In this document: one piece after another, positions 17,278 through 27,148 of the stretch | How the letters are laid out: every line of letters begins with the position of its first letter | Numbering within the stretch: position 1 is the first letter of the stretch | Assembly (NCBI GenBank): GCA_964460155.1 | Contig: CAYWSV010000003.1 | Location: 1 to 46,048, forward strand | Direction of reading: 5' to 3' | DNA length: 46,048 nucleotides | Source: an uncultured Oligoflexia bacterium | GTDB taxonomy: Bacteria; Bdellovibrionota_B; Oligoflexia; Silvanigrellales; Silvanigrellaceae | Made by a program: the position numbers and the translations under genes | The notes under the pieces: generated by a model | The model's database searches: none | Seen by the model: only the letters and a program-made list of their open reading frames with translations | Told to the model about the DNA's origin: nothing

Positions 17278-18732
17278 TTATTTACGGCAGGAAATAGTGA
17301 CTTCTTTTTTGGGGCTCTTTGGATCATTCGTGTCGAAGATTACTTTTAGACCTTCTCCTGCAATCAAATCACGAATTTGATTCTGCGCCAGAATTTCCTT
17401 TCTATACTTGGGATCAGTCATCCAGCGCACAGGATGAGCAATTTGCTCGCCGAGGTCTTTGAAGTCCTTGTAGCGGATGGTGATTGTCAGCATGCCATAG
17501 CTATGTGGCGGGCCATCGCTGTTGCCATTTGTGTTGCTCCATTCGCTTGAACGACGGACGATGCCCAAATCGAAAAAGACCCTCTTATATCTCACGACAA
17601 CTCCAGCCTTGAGGTCAACAACAAAGGGCACGGTTGTCGTGTAATAATCGGAATCACCGTCGATACGGTAATTGTTCATAATGAGTCTTGCTTCAGCACC
17701 AAAATAAAGGTTCAGGCTCCAATTCTTGTTGCTGCAAAGAATCTTCTTGAGTCGGTTTTGAGGGCTCATCATCGCGAGCTCTTCAATAAGTGAGGGAGTC
17801 ATTTTGTTACCGACGTACATGTCGATAAGCGTTCCCAGCAAACGGTAATTAAAAACGACGCCCGCATTTACATAATTCGTAAACGATCCGGCGTTGCCTC
17901 CGCCGTTGATGATGACGTTGTATTCAGGCTCCGAGTCACCGTAGAGATCTCCTTCGCCAACCTTAATAAATTTTTGAAAATTAATACTGAAGTAAAAACG
18001 ATCGGCTGCCTGAAAATCCCAATTGACTTCTTTGTCGCCTATCAGCCTATGAAAACCATTTTGGACCTGTTCGGCAAAAGAGCCGCGACCAATCGTGCCC
18101 AATTGTGTTTCCAATCGCTGCATCGATCTCACTCTGGCTTTGTTCTTATCCATCTTGTACGAATTGACGGCTGCACCGCAGTAAAGAACACCAGCGTTCG
18201 GTGGTTGGTCTGGCCGCTTAGTGCCAATGTCGTTGTTGTTGGTGTTGTAAATATTCTGGCCGCACAGAAAAAAGAAATCGCTGTGATCGAATCCAAGTTT
18301 TTTAAAGAATTTTTCGAACTCAGGATTATTAAAACTTACTTCGACTTTAAGGCCATTGGTGTAATAAACATCCGTGCCCGCAAGAAAGTCATTCTCCATC
18401 GTCATCTTTAGACCATCAATGACCGGACGATCTTTGAGAAGCTCGTCAATCTCCTGTTCCGTCAATCCGTCTCTGCGCAGTGAGTCAACGAAGCGCCGCT
18501 CGTTTTCATCTTTCAATGACCTAAACGTGGGAACCAAGGCTTTATCTTTGACCATAAGCCGAAGCTCACGTTGTTGATTCGTGAGTGATGAGTCATAGAG
18601 AATGTCGATGATGTCTGCGACTTCGTCATATATTTGCTTGTTTTCGAAATAGTCGGGCCTATCGAAAAAGCTTGCCTTCGCCAACGCAGGAAAAAATAAC
18701 AAAATAACAAATAAAAATAACGCTTTTTGCAT
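17278..18732 (-). CDS. LpxR-family lipid A 3'-O-deacylase-like outer-membrane protein (DUF2219) with an N-terminal extension
   Basis: The signal peptide is MQKALFLFVILLFFPALAKA. The motifs ENDFLAGTDVYYTNG and QVQNGFHRLIGDKEVNWDFQ parallel LpxR/DUF2219 signatures (END...D..YT.G; QN..HR.IG). Confidence 0.65.
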   Translation of the reverse strand: MQKALFLFVILLFFPALAKASFFDRPDYFENKQIYDEVADIIDILYDSSLTNQQRELRLMVKDKALVPTFRSLKDENERRFVDSLRRDGLTEQEIDELLKDRPVIDGLKMTMENDFLAGTDVYYTNGLKVEVSFNNPEFEKFFKKLGFDHSDFFFLCGQNIYNTNNNDIGTKRPDQPPNAGVLYCGAAVNSYKMDKNKARVRSMQRLETQLGTIGRGSFAEQVQNGFHRLIGDKEVNWDFQAADRFYFSINFQKFIKVGEGDLYGDSEPEYNVIINGGGNAGSFTNYVNAGVVFNYRLLGTLIDMYVGNKMTPSLIEELAMMSPQNRLKKILCSNKNWSLNLYFGAEARLIMNNYRIDGDSDYYTTTVPFVVDLKAGVVVRYKRVFFDLGIVRRSSEWSNTNGNSDGPPHSYGMLTITIRYKDFKDLGEQIAHPVRWMTDPKYRKEILAQNQIRDLIAGEGLKVIFDTNDPKSPKKEVTISCRK

Positions 18733-18876
18733 GCCACAGGCCTTCAAGTTTTTTTGAAATGACTGGGCACTGGATATAACACAAGCAGTTAAAGTTCAAT
18801 TCCAGGGCAGAATCTGTGTGAGTTGTATGAGAGATACGGACGGCAATCTGCCGTTCTATTAAAATTTATCCCAAAA

Positions 18877-19509
18877 TTACGAGGACTTTTTCCTAGCCTG
18901 ATACTCGACGAGAAGTGAGTGGGCTGGGATGGGAGTTGAACTCTGGCCGTCCGTCTCCAAAACCTGAGTTGAGGCGGGTATCTTGCCCTCTTCTATCAGC
19001 GTGATGAGCCGCTCGAAAGCAAAGGTTTCGTTCAGATGATAATCGCCCTGAACGACTCGAAAGACTCGAGACTTCGACGAGTGAAGTGTATTGAGTGCAC
19101 GGTTAAGTTCGGCGACCACCTCACGGAAGTCGTCTCCGGGGCGGAGCGCAATTCGCCGTCCCAGATTTCCATTATTAATTGCGTGACAGATGCTTCTGAT
19201 TTTAAACATCGGGCCCGCAACCTTGTGCGAGAAAACAATTCCGATCACGGTAATGACCAAAAGAAAAACAAAGCTCAGCACAGTGAGATACATAATAATA
19301 GAGTTGAGCTCTGAATATAAGAGAAATTTGGAATCGTCGGTAATTGGGCTCAGCTCGACAATTGTATCGTAATTTTCTCGGATGAATCGATAGAATACCA
19401 GCCCGTACCCGGCCATTGCAGCAAAGCAAGACGCAACTAAGAAACCAACGTAACGACCTTGATAAGAAGGAATGAGCCAGTAGTTTCGGAGCTTTCGTCG
19501 TTTATTCAT
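18877..19509 (-). CDS. HAMP domain-containing membrane protein
   Basis: Two TM segments flank a short loop. A HAMP-like segment follows (HKVAGPMFKIRSICHAINNGNLGRRIALRPGDDFREVVAELNRALNTL), then a short C-terminal domain. Confidence 0.6.
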   Translation of the reverse strand: MNKRRKLRNYWLIPSYQGRYVGFLVASCFAAMAGYGLVFYRFIRENYDTIVELSPITDDSKFLLYSELNSIIMYLTVLSFVFLLVITVIGIVFSHKVAGPMFKIRSICHAINNGNLGRRIALRPGDDFREVVAELNRALNTLHSSKSRVFRVVQGDYHLNETFAFERLITLIEEGKIPASTQVLETDGQSSTPIPAHSLLVEYQARKKSS

Positions 19510-19548
19510 TCTACACCACCGCCTTTGGAGTCTGTTTACTTTTAAAAT

Positions 19549-19875
19549 TTAAGGTTGTTGCTGTTTCTGAATCGAATCGACAGTTGGATCGAGCCCCAGC
19601 TGCTGAGAAATCGTTCTTATCTTGAGTCTGATGATTACTAAATTTGATTTGAGTTTGATTGATGCTGTCGGGTTGTTTTCGTATTGCTTCAGCTTTTCCT
19701 GATTTTTTTGTTCAAGCATGCGCAGTTTCGCGAGTTGTTCTTTGAGCTGTTCATTGCTGAGCTTGGGTTGCACGCTGGTTGCATCTTGGGCAAATGCCAC
19801 GTCTGGTTGAATCGACATGGTCTCTGACCAGATTTGACTCGCGATGACGGCAAATAAAAGAAACAGATATTTCAC
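19549..19875 (-). CDS. Small secreted coiled-coil protein (hypothetical)
   Basis: I chose an internal GTG start because it yields the signal peptide VKYLFLLFAVIASQIWS. The rest is a heptad-like Q/K/L-rich sequence. The start is uncertain; the full ORF runs to 19989. Confidence 0.35.
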   Translation of the reverse strand: MKYLFLLFAVIASQIWSETMSIQPDVAFAQDATSVQPKLSNEQLKEQLAKLRMLEQKNQEKLKQYENNPTASIKLKSNLVIIRLKIRTISQQLGLDPTVDSIQKQQQP

Positions 19876-20057
19876 AGCGAACCCTTTGCCTTGCGAATCC
19901 TTTTTATACGTTTCAACGCTACAGCAATCCCCTAACCCATAGAATGTCTGTTTCGTTGCCCATGCCAAAAATCCGACAAGCTGCAACAAGTGCGGGAAGA
20001 TATGTGCATCAAACTGCTAGAAATAGTGCGTTACTCTTCGATTTGTAGGTTGCCAGA

Positions 20058-21512
20058 ATGTCAAGTCGAAAGTCGCGACTTTGGAAAATTGCAATAGCTG
20101 TATTCCTTTGTTCTGTTCTTTTAGGACACAGAGCGGCTGCATTCACGTTGCAAACATACCAGAAAGACAAACGTGTTAGGGTCGAAAATCTTTCCCTTCA
20201 GCAGGCACTCGAGAAGCTTCGAAATCAGGGCCCCGAAATAATAAAATTAAAAAGTGAACTGCAGGGCTATGAAGAGGCCTATAGAAAGGCAAAATATATT
20301 TATTGGATGCCGTCAGGGGATTTCACGGCCAGCATCGATTCACAATCCACTGTTGCTCGGTACAAGGGTGCGTTTCCAGACGCGGGTGGTACGCAAGACA
20401 AGTTTTTTGGTCCCACAGCAGGCAGCGCTTCAATCACATTATTTAAATACACAATTTCCGATGGCGGACTCGCAACCCTTGAACTAGAAAAAAACAAGCT
20501 TGATTACGAAGCTAAAGTTAAAGAAGTGACTCTAAAACGGAACAAGGTTGAAAGGGATATTATCAGGTCTTACTCAAAAATTCGAACTCTCACCGAGCAG
20601 CTAGATGTTTCGTTTAGGGGATATCAATTGTGGCAGACTGTTGAACAGTTAATGGCCGCAAGTGCGGGTTCGGGAGGATTAAGCGAATCCGATAAGAACG
20701 AAGTAAAGATTCAATTGAATGATGCAGAAAAAGATTTCGGAAATTATGCATCGGCCTTACTCTCGGAGTATGGAGTGTTGAATACACTTCTTGGAGAGCC
20801 GCCACAAAAGCGATACAACCTGATCACAGAAGTAAAATATGCTCCACTCGAGTATTCTCAGGAAGATGCACTTGCACAAATCGAGAAGACAAGTCTTGAC
20901 GGTATTCAAAAGAGGTTCGAGCTTCAAAGCGAAAGAATCTCATCTCAAAAAGAAATCATGGACCTTGGATTCAGGCCCAAACTCGAGTTTGGAGGATTAG
21001 TATTTAAGTACAACTTCATGCAAAATTCGAGCGCGTCGACCGGTGTTCCAACAACAGTGACCGCGGGCGACGATAAATCTTCGAACTTCAACGTTGCATT
21101 TTCGATGAGTATCTCTGCAAACTTATTTGGTCCCGAGGGCTTTTTCAAACACTTTGCACGCGAGGAAAGGCAACGTAAGCTTCTTGCCAAAGAGCAGGAA
21201 ATGATCGCTCTGAGATTGTCTTGGCAACAAAAGCTCAACGACTCGTTTAACGCACTCTCAAAAAGTCGAAATGACTTGCGATTAGGTGAAGCGTCGCTCA
21301 AAGATGTGACAAGAAATCTTGACCTCTTTCTCGATCGACTTTCCCGAGGTGAAAAAACAAGCGTACGCGATATCAAGGATGCCGTCGGAGAAAGCTTAAA
21401 ACGAAATATCGACCTTCTTGAAAAGAGACATGAGGCCCTGAGTAAGCGTGTAGATCTCGATGAGCTCCTTGGTGTCGACACAATGAAGCTCCTTGGGGAG
21501 ACAAGGTTTTGA
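20058..21512 (+). CDS. TolC-family outer-membrane factor
   Basis: It has a signal peptide, an N-terminal LSLQQALEKLRNQGPEI motif typical of OEP/TolC proteins, a length of 484 aa, and long helical repeats. Confidence 0.7.
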   Translation: MSSRKSRLWKIAIAVFLCSVLLGHRAAAFTLQTYQKDKRVRVENLSLQQALEKLRNQGPEIIKLKSELQGYEEAYRKAKYIYWMPSGDFTASIDSQSTVARYKGAFPDAGGTQDKFFGPTAGSASITLFKYTISDGGLATLELEKNKLDYEAKVKEVTLKRNKVERDIIRSYSKIRTLTEQLDVSFRGYQLWQTVEQLMAASAGSGGLSESDKNEVKIQLNDAEKDFGNYASALLSEYGVLNTLLGEPPQKRYNLITEVKYAPLEYSQEDALAQIEKTSLDGIQKRFELQSERISSQKEIMDLGFRPKLEFGGLVFKYNFMQNSSASTGVPTTVTAGDDKSSNFNVAFSMSISANLFGPEGFFKHFAREERQRKLLAKEQEMIALRLSWQQKLNDSFNALSKSRNDLRLGEASLKDVTRNLDLFLDRLSRGEKTSVRDIKDAVGESLKRNIDLLEKRHEALSKRVDLDELLGVDTMKLLGETRF

Positions 21513-22324
21513 ATAAAGCGAGATTTTTTTATAAAACTACGCTCTTCTTCAGCCTAGAGTTCGTCTGTGGCCAGCTTTACGGAATGGCTTTGGCCCAAAC
21601 ACAGCAACAGGTGAATCGCCAAAAGAATGAGACTCGGCAGAGGTCCCCAGGAGGGTCTACGACTTCATCAAGAGCAAGGGTGAGTCTCTCTGATTCAGAG
21701 AACCTTTTAAAGGTTTACCCATTCAGGCCAACAAATGATTTCTACGTCTCTGGGTTCTTGACCGTCCCTCTAAAGACACACCCGCAATCGAATGGAGTTG
21801 GTTCTGTGTTTGGCCTGCGTCGAGGTCTTTTTGATTTCTATCTGGGAGCACTCAGCGAGAAGCGCGTCTGGCGGCAACTCGAACAGCGTCCCAATGAGGA
21901 TAGCTTGAAGGGATTTCGAGAGGAATTTACTGCCGAGGAAATTGATCCTTCAAAAGTCACTCGGAATCTTAATCGTTTCCGTTGGAGTGCTAGCGATCCG
22001 TTCTCGTTGTGGTCGATTGACGCGGGTTTTGGTGTTCGGTTTCCTGCTCCATTTCTCCCAGAAAGTTTCTCGTCTCACATAAGCACATTCATTTCGTTTG
22101 GCAATTTGACCGACAAACGAACTTCGCTTGTGGAGTATTCAACACGGGGCGCGGGAATACTTTTTCTGGGTTCGTGGAAGACGAATTTCGCTAAACGATT
22201 GCATCTGAGAGGCGGTTTTCGCTATTCCGTGTTGGAGGCATCACCCAATAGTTTCAGCGATGTCTGGGAACAGCTCTCCGTGCAGACTCTTGGGTTTGTA
22301 AGTGGTGTGGAATGGTTCTTATGA
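21509..22324 (+). CDS. Hypothetical secreted protein, possibly an OM beta-barrel
   Basis: The TTG start overlaps the tolC-like stop (TTGA). A signal-peptide-like N-terminus ends in ALAQT, and the C-terminus is aromatic (GVEWFL). Confidence 0.5.
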   Translation: MNKARFFYKTTLFFSLEFVCGQLYGMALAQTQQQVNRQKNETRQRSPGGSTTSSRARVSLSDSENLLKVYPFRPTNDFYVSGFLTVPLKTHPQSNGVGSVFGLRRGLFDFYLGALSEKRVWRQLEQRPNEDSLKGFREEFTAEEIDPSKVTRNLNRFRWSASDPFSLWSIDAGFGVRFPAPFLPESFSSHISTFISFGNLTDKRTSLVEYSTRGAGILFLGSWKTNFAKRLHLRGGFRYSVLEASPNSFSDVWEQLSVQTLGFVSGVEWFL

Positions 22325-23571
22325 GCAGGTCTATTCTGACACTTAAACTTTTAGGCGTGGGGTTTGTTTTTGCTCTGATGCTGCCGTTAATCGGAACAGT
22401 TTCGTGTGGTCATGCAGAGAATGTGTCTCCCCCTAAAATCTCCACGGGCAACGTATTGGGCGACAAGCTTATCAACGCGATGCGTGTTCAACTTAAGGTT
22501 CGTCTGTTTTTGAATGAAGATGTCATCGCATCCTATTTAAAGCAGGCTGTGGCATCTGGTGAATCGTTGTCCTTCGATGGACTCGATTTTAGAGCACCAC
22601 TTTCTTCCGATGCAAAGGCCTACGCGCGAATTGTTTTCGGGCTTATTCGAGAAATTGATAAACTCAGTTCTGTGTATTCCTACGGCAATGCGAGTATTGA
22701 CGCGCAATCGAAAAAATTGCGTGAAAACATTATCAAGTTGGCACTGACCTACACTCGTGTTTTTACTCAAGCGGATTATGCAAGTTCAGGTAAGAAGGCG
22801 GAGCTTGGTTTTGCTACTGCTTATGCTTCCGTTGCTGGGTTTCCTGCCTTAGGTTTATCTGATGCACTCAAGGAAGCAGGACTCAAAGAGATTGAAGCAG
22901 CGGTTCTTGCGGCAGTTGCTGCCGCGAAGTGGTCACCGCTTGAATCAGCAACGAACTACCCCGATACAGCTTCGGCTCTGCTCATTGGGTTGAGAGGAAT
23001 TGAGCTTACTAAGGACCTCAGAATAACGATAATGGGCGATTTCTCGTTAAATTCAGGAAACGTAATTAAGGAACTAGACAAAGACAATGCGGCATTTATT
23101 CCTGTAAGAATTCAGAGTGTTATTTCAAAGGCAGCTCTTTACTTAGGCTTGTTAAAAGGCGCCGGATTTACGGGGCAAGAACTTCCGGATGCGGTCGAGC
23201 CTCTGTTAGAAAAGTCGATTACTCTCCTTCATGAAATCTCCGCAGAGAAGTTAACTGAATCCACTCTGACTTTTGCCACTCGCATTGTCGACGTCTCTGC
23301 CGCATCTCTCACTTCAGTTCAAGCTGAGGAATCACAGCTGTTTTACAAGAAGTTGTCCTATCGATTGATCAAGGACTACAAAGAAAAGGCGACGACTCTG
23401 CCAGATGGATTTGCGAGTCAAATTCAGACAACGATGACTGCCAGAATCAATGCCTCAGCTCTGGATAATTCGAGAAAGTCTGCTGCTGTTACTGGGACTG
23501 GAGAAGGGGTTATTCAGATTCAGGACGAATTGAATCCACCTGCAGACCCACTCGCTGATACACGATTTTGA
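22321..23571 (+). CDS. Hypothetical helical lipoprotein
   Basis: An ATGA start/stop overlap joins it to the preceding gene (alternative ATG at 22312). The lipobox is LPLIGTVSCG, and the body is Ala/Leu-rich and helical. Confidence 0.55.
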   Translation: MSRSILTLKLLGVGFVFALMLPLIGTVSCGHAENVSPPKISTGNVLGDKLINAMRVQLKVRLFLNEDVIASYLKQAVASGESLSFDGLDFRAPLSSDAKAYARIVFGLIREIDKLSSVYSYGNASIDAQSKKLRENIIKLALTYTRVFTQADYASSGKKAELGFATAYASVAGFPALGLSDALKEAGLKEIEAAVLAAVAAAKWSPLESATNYPDTASALLIGLRGIELTKDLRITIMGDFSLNSGNVIKELDKDNAAFIPVRIQSVISKAALYLGLLKGAGFTGQELPDAVEPLLEKSITLLHEISAEKLTESTLTFATRIVDVSAASLTSVQAEESQLFYKKLSYRLIKDYKEKATTLPDGFASQIQTTMTARINASALDNSRKSAAVTGTGEGVIQIQDELNPPADPLADTRF

Positions 23572-23622
23572 TGAAAAGATACAGAACGAAACTCTCTTAC
23601 GTCCGTTCGAATTGTCTCAAAA

Positions 23623-24162
23623 TCATGGATTCAAAATTGGAATGACATGAACGCCGGTAGCCGCAGTCACAGATGCTGCAAGGCATCTGCATTGCTGGTA
23701 GCTTCTTGAGCCATCGTCGACCTTCAGTTTAAAGAAATTCGGCTTTGTTGCACTCAACCATCCGCGTGACTCTGCCTTTTGTTTGAAGACCTCGTTTAAA
23801 TTTGCAGGAGCAACAACAAAACCGCATTTTTCTTTGATGGTGCTCGAGTTTAAGTTTGAAGTGGAAAGCGGCGCAACCGATGTTTCCGTCGCAGTAGCGA
23901 TATGGTTCAGTAGTTCCGAGCTAAGGTCTGCAGAACTGATTGCAGCAGTCGTTTGGTTGTCGGAATATATTTCATCACTCGATTCTACCGAATCACCCTT
24001 CGATTTTTCAGAAACTGCGTCTGAATTTTTCAATTTGACGGTGACAATTGGCTGCGCGATTGGTGGTTGATTTGAGCAAGCGAGAACGAAAAAGAGTATG
24101 ACAACTGATGTTGCTGTTGATATCGCTTTTGAGGTGTAGATTTTTTTTGTCAGGTTTGTCAT
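23623..24162 (-). CDS. Hypothetical lipoprotein
   Basis: The lipobox is VVILFFVLACSNQ. The gene starts 7 nt downstream of the S8 protease gene stop, so the two are likely co-transcribed. Confidence 0.55.
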   Translation of the reverse strand: MTNLTKKIYTSKAISTATSVVILFFVLACSNQPPIAQPIVTVKLKNSDAVSEKSKGDSVESSDEIYSDNQTTAAISSADLSSELLNHIATATETSVAPLSTSNLNSSTIKEKCGFVVAPANLNEVFKQKAESRGWLSATKPNFFKLKVDDGSRSYQQCRCLAASVTAATGVHVIPILNP

Positions 24163-24169
24163 AGATTAA

Positions 24170-26458
24170 TCACTCGCCTCCAATGCTACAGGAGTCGAGT
24201 TTTAGTGATTCGGATTGTTCTCCAAATTCACAGTCGCCATCTGCTTTTCTTGCACCTACGAGAAGCATACGACACATGTTTTTGCAGACGCTGAGGCTCG
24301 GTGTTGTGAATGTTGCATAGTTTTTCCCGGAGACAAGAACTCGGCATGATCTTGAAATCGAGTCTTCTTTAAAAACACCATTCGTGGCGGAGAGGGAAAG
24401 TACTCGAATACTTCCAGCAGCAATTTGGTTTTTCGGGCCCTTGATTGACAATGGTTGTGATTTTCCATCAATAGCTGAATCGAAATCTTTCGGTATTCGT
24501 CCAACACAATTACCGTCGACCTCTGAACATGTTCCAATCTGTGACGAACCAAGAAACAGCATTGCGTTTTGGAGCTGGGCATTTGCTGGGTCGGTAAGCC
24601 GAACAAGAACAGAACTTCCCCTTCCAACGGAGACATCAGTTTTTGTGTCTCCCATTGGTGCTTTGACTTCCAAAGAATAGCCCATAGATGCTCTCAATGC
24701 GCGAAATAAATTTAACCTTCTGCCTTTATCAATTTTGGAAGAAAGCGCTGCAAGTTCATCCGATGTATCAAGTACAAGGCGACGAATATCGCTTGATGTT
24801 CTTGATGGATCGAGACTCCAAATAAGAGCTACAGCCCCCGCAACGTGTGGGGCCGCCATGCTCGTGCCGCTCATGAATTCGTAGCCTTGAGCAGGCATGC
24901 TTATTAAAGTCTGCCTAAAAATTGGCAGGACTGTGAAATCCGGATTGTTTTCGTGCGGTTTGAGAAGCGCCAAGTTCTTTTGCGTCAAGTTACTTGGAAA
25001 TGTAGACATGATCATGTCTCCGGGCGCTGATATGTGGACATTTTTAGGGCCGAAATTCGAATAGAGCGAGACTTGATTGTTCGCACTGATGGAGCCGACG
25101 TTTATTATATTTGGGAGATCGAGCGTGCCGGGGAACTGAGAATTCGCCTCCAGAGAGACATCTACTGCTTCATTACCTGCAGCTGATACAATGATGCCAC
25201 CCTTCTTTCCAAATGAGTCGACCGTTGAATAACTTGGTGACGTCGGCAACTTGTCTGCGGCAGAGAGAGTTCCTGAGAGTGACATATTGAGTACCTTTAC
25301 CCCAATAGATTCTGCATATTTGATCGCCGAAAGAATCTCAGATCGCCTGCCCACACCGCATCGATTCATTGATCTAAGCACAATGATTTCTGCCTTCCAG
25401 CACACACCAGCAACGCCGATTCCGTTGTTTGCGACGGCGCCAATGGTTCCTGCAACGTGTGTACCATGGCCATGTTGATCTGTTATTAGTCCACTGTCGA
25501 CCGTATTTGGCTCGGTCGAGAGAAATTCATTTTTTTTGCAATCGGGCTGTGTCAGTGTTTGTTGAGTTGCAAAATTTCGAGAGAGCGCGAGGTTAAGATT
25601 TCCCTTGAGGTCTGGATGATTCGCATCGACTCCACTGTCAAGAACCCCGATTTTTATTGCGCTGCAATCACGTTTCAGTGGCCAAGAAGTGTCAGCTTTT
25701 AAATTTGCGTCCGGATTGATAGCAAGTAGCGGCGCTATTTCAGCCGGTTCGAATTTAGATCGAACGATGGCACTCGTTTTTTGACCACCAATCGCATATT
25801 GGAGCGGCAAAAGCGGATCGTTCGTTGCTTGGTTGATCGACATGATGTCATCGGGTCCGACACTCGAAATTTTATTCGATGAGCGGACTCTTTCCATCGT
25901 TTCAAAATACTCTTCAGCGGACTGTGCGCTTATTGTTACTTCCCACAGCGTTGGACTGCCAAGGTTGCGCGCTGCAGTGACTCCTGAATTTTTAAGTTCA
26001 GAAATCAGGGTTTCATTCGTTTCTGCATCTGATGTTGTGATGATTAGACTGTCCCCAAGCCATTCACTTGGTTTATTTTTGTTTGAACCTTCTGTTTTAT
26101 AAACTTGGATGATGGGTCGGTATCCTGACTTCGAGATCCATTTGAACACCGTACTGCTTTGCTTTTCCTGTATGCTGTTTTGCGCGTTGAGGCGCGCTGT
26201 ACCCGAGTCTGTATTTTGGGGTTTGTTTTGCGGCCCCAGATTATTAGACCCGGTGGGTGTCAGGTGCGTCTTTGGATTTTCTGATTTTGCATTTAGGCTT
26301 TGTTTTTCTTCGTCGCTCGCTTCCGAATGTCGCGGTTCAGTGCTTGCGAGCTCGATTGCTTCAGTCGTGTTTTTCATGCGTGTGAAAAACCATGTAGAAA
26401 CGGCCAACAGAACGGCCAACAGACTTATAGTCCACGCAAACGTTGACTTTCGTTTCAT
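24170..26458 (-). CDS. Subtilisin-family (S8) serine peptidase with N- and C-terminal extra domains
   Basis: The catalytic triad motifs are VLDSGVDANHPD (Asp), HGHGTHVAGTIGA (His) and SGTSMAAPHVAGAVAL (Ser). There is an N-terminal signal anchor. Confidence 0.85.
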   Translation of the reverse strand: MKRKSTFAWTISLLAVLLAVSTWFFTRMKNTTEAIELASTEPRHSEASDEEKQSLNAKSENPKTHLTPTGSNNLGPQNKPQNTDSGTARLNAQNSIQEKQSSTVFKWISKSGYRPIIQVYKTEGSNKNKPSEWLGDSLIITTSDAETNETLISELKNSGVTAARNLGSPTLWEVTISAQSAEEYFETMERVRSSNKISSVGPDDIMSINQATNDPLLPLQYAIGGQKTSAIVRSKFEPAEIAPLLAINPDANLKADTSWPLKRDCSAIKIGVLDSGVDANHPDLKGNLNLALSRNFATQQTLTQPDCKKNEFLSTEPNTVDSGLITDQHGHGTHVAGTIGAVANNGIGVAGVCWKAEIIVLRSMNRCGVGRRSEILSAIKYAESIGVKVLNMSLSGTLSAADKLPTSPSYSTVDSFGKKGGIIVSAAGNEAVDVSLEANSQFPGTLDLPNIINVGSISANNQVSLYSNFGPKNVHISAPGDMIMSTFPSNLTQKNLALLKPHENNPDFTVLPIFRQTLISMPAQGYEFMSGTSMAAPHVAGAVALIWSLDPSRTSSDIRRLVLDTSDELAALSSKIDKGRRLNLFRALRASMGYSLEVKAPMGDTKTDVSVGRGSSVLVRLTDPANAQLQNAMLFLGSSQIGTCSEVDGNCVGRIPKDFDSAIDGKSQPLSIKGPKNQIAAGSIRVLSLSATNGVFKEDSISRSCRVLVSGKNYATFTTPSLSVCKNMCRMLLVGARKADGDCEFGEQSESLKLDSCSIGGE

Positions 26459-26592
26459 TGTGGTTCCTCGGCTCGCTTAACTTTCACTTCTCGGAATTTT
26501 TATCAACGAACTTAACCTGATATTTCAGACCGCTATCCAAGAAATCAATTTTTCAGAGATTTAGTCGATATTGCCTTTTAAAGTTGGGAGCT

Positions 26593-26940
26593 ATGAGGAG
26601 TGCAGCGTTGAATTCTTGGATTTTCGTTATTGCTTTCGGTTCTTTGATTGTGTCAGCCTGCTCGGATGGTCGTGAGCCTGCGAGCTGCCAGATTTCGATT
26701 ACGAACAACGGCTCCGTTGTGTACTGGGACGCGAGCAAAGACGCGTCTACCGCAGAGGACTGCAAGCGCAAAGGCTCTGATGCTTTTTCTAGTTTTTGCA
26801 CACAAAATGCGTCGTTGTCGTTCGCCGAGAGTGCAAATCTTATCAATAAATTTGAGTGGAAGAGCTCGAAGCCGCGTTTTGGTGAGGCCACAGTCCTTTC
26901 TGGCAGTTTTGGCACTTCAAAGTGTGGCGGTGTTCAATAA
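26593..26940 (+). CDS. Small hypothetical lipoprotein
   Basis: MRSAALNSWIFVIAFGSLIVSAC is a lipobox signal. An alternative TTG start lies at 26584. Confidence 0.5.
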   Translation: MRSAALNSWIFVIAFGSLIVSACSDGREPASCQISITNNGSVVYWDASKDASTAEDCKRKGSDAFSSFCTQNASLSFAESANLINKFEWKSSKPRFGEATVLSGSFGTSKCGGVQ

Positions 26941-26965
26941 ATTATCTCTTTGTGTTGAATGATTT

Positions 26966-26996
26966 ATGTGCGGCCAGTTTGGTCGCACATTTTTTT
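26966..26996 (+). terminator. Rho-independent terminator
   Basis: The hairpin atgtgcggcc-agttt-ggtcgcacat is a 10-bp stem with one G-U pair, followed by a T6 run. Confidence 0.75.
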
Positions 26997-27148
26997 CTGT
27001 TCGATTGTTTTTTTCTTCGTGTTTTCGCTAAGAAATGGCAAATCTGTCTGCGATTTCTGAATGTGCAGAATATTTTGTTTTGAGTTGCTGTAAATTTAGC
27101 TATTGCAACAATAAAAGTACGTAGTTTCGGTAATTTATTTATTTTTTT

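Noticed and set aside
17115-17297. A 60-aa plus-strand ORF in the 211-bp gap between two minus-strand genes
   Set aside because: It has a TTG start, no RBS, and overlaps the 3' end of the LpxR-like gene. The gap more likely holds the promoter of the 17066 gene and a weak hairpin (gcaacgc-N9-gcgttgc).
20945-21481. Minus-strand 178-aa Ser/Arg-rich ORF inside the TolC-like gene
   Set aside because: It is the antisense shadow of a Leu/Glu/Lys-rich coiled-coil coding region.
26997-27148. AT-rich untranslated stretches (also 43613..43794 and 32407..32713), inspected for c-di-GMP (GEMM-I) or other riboswitch cores and for tRNA-like cloverleafs
   Set aside because: GGCAAA occurs at 27047, but the partner ACGCAAAGCC element and the expected helices are absent. 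I found no conserved riboswitch core or tRNA arms by eye. A covariance-model scan (Infernal/Rfam) would be the decisive test.
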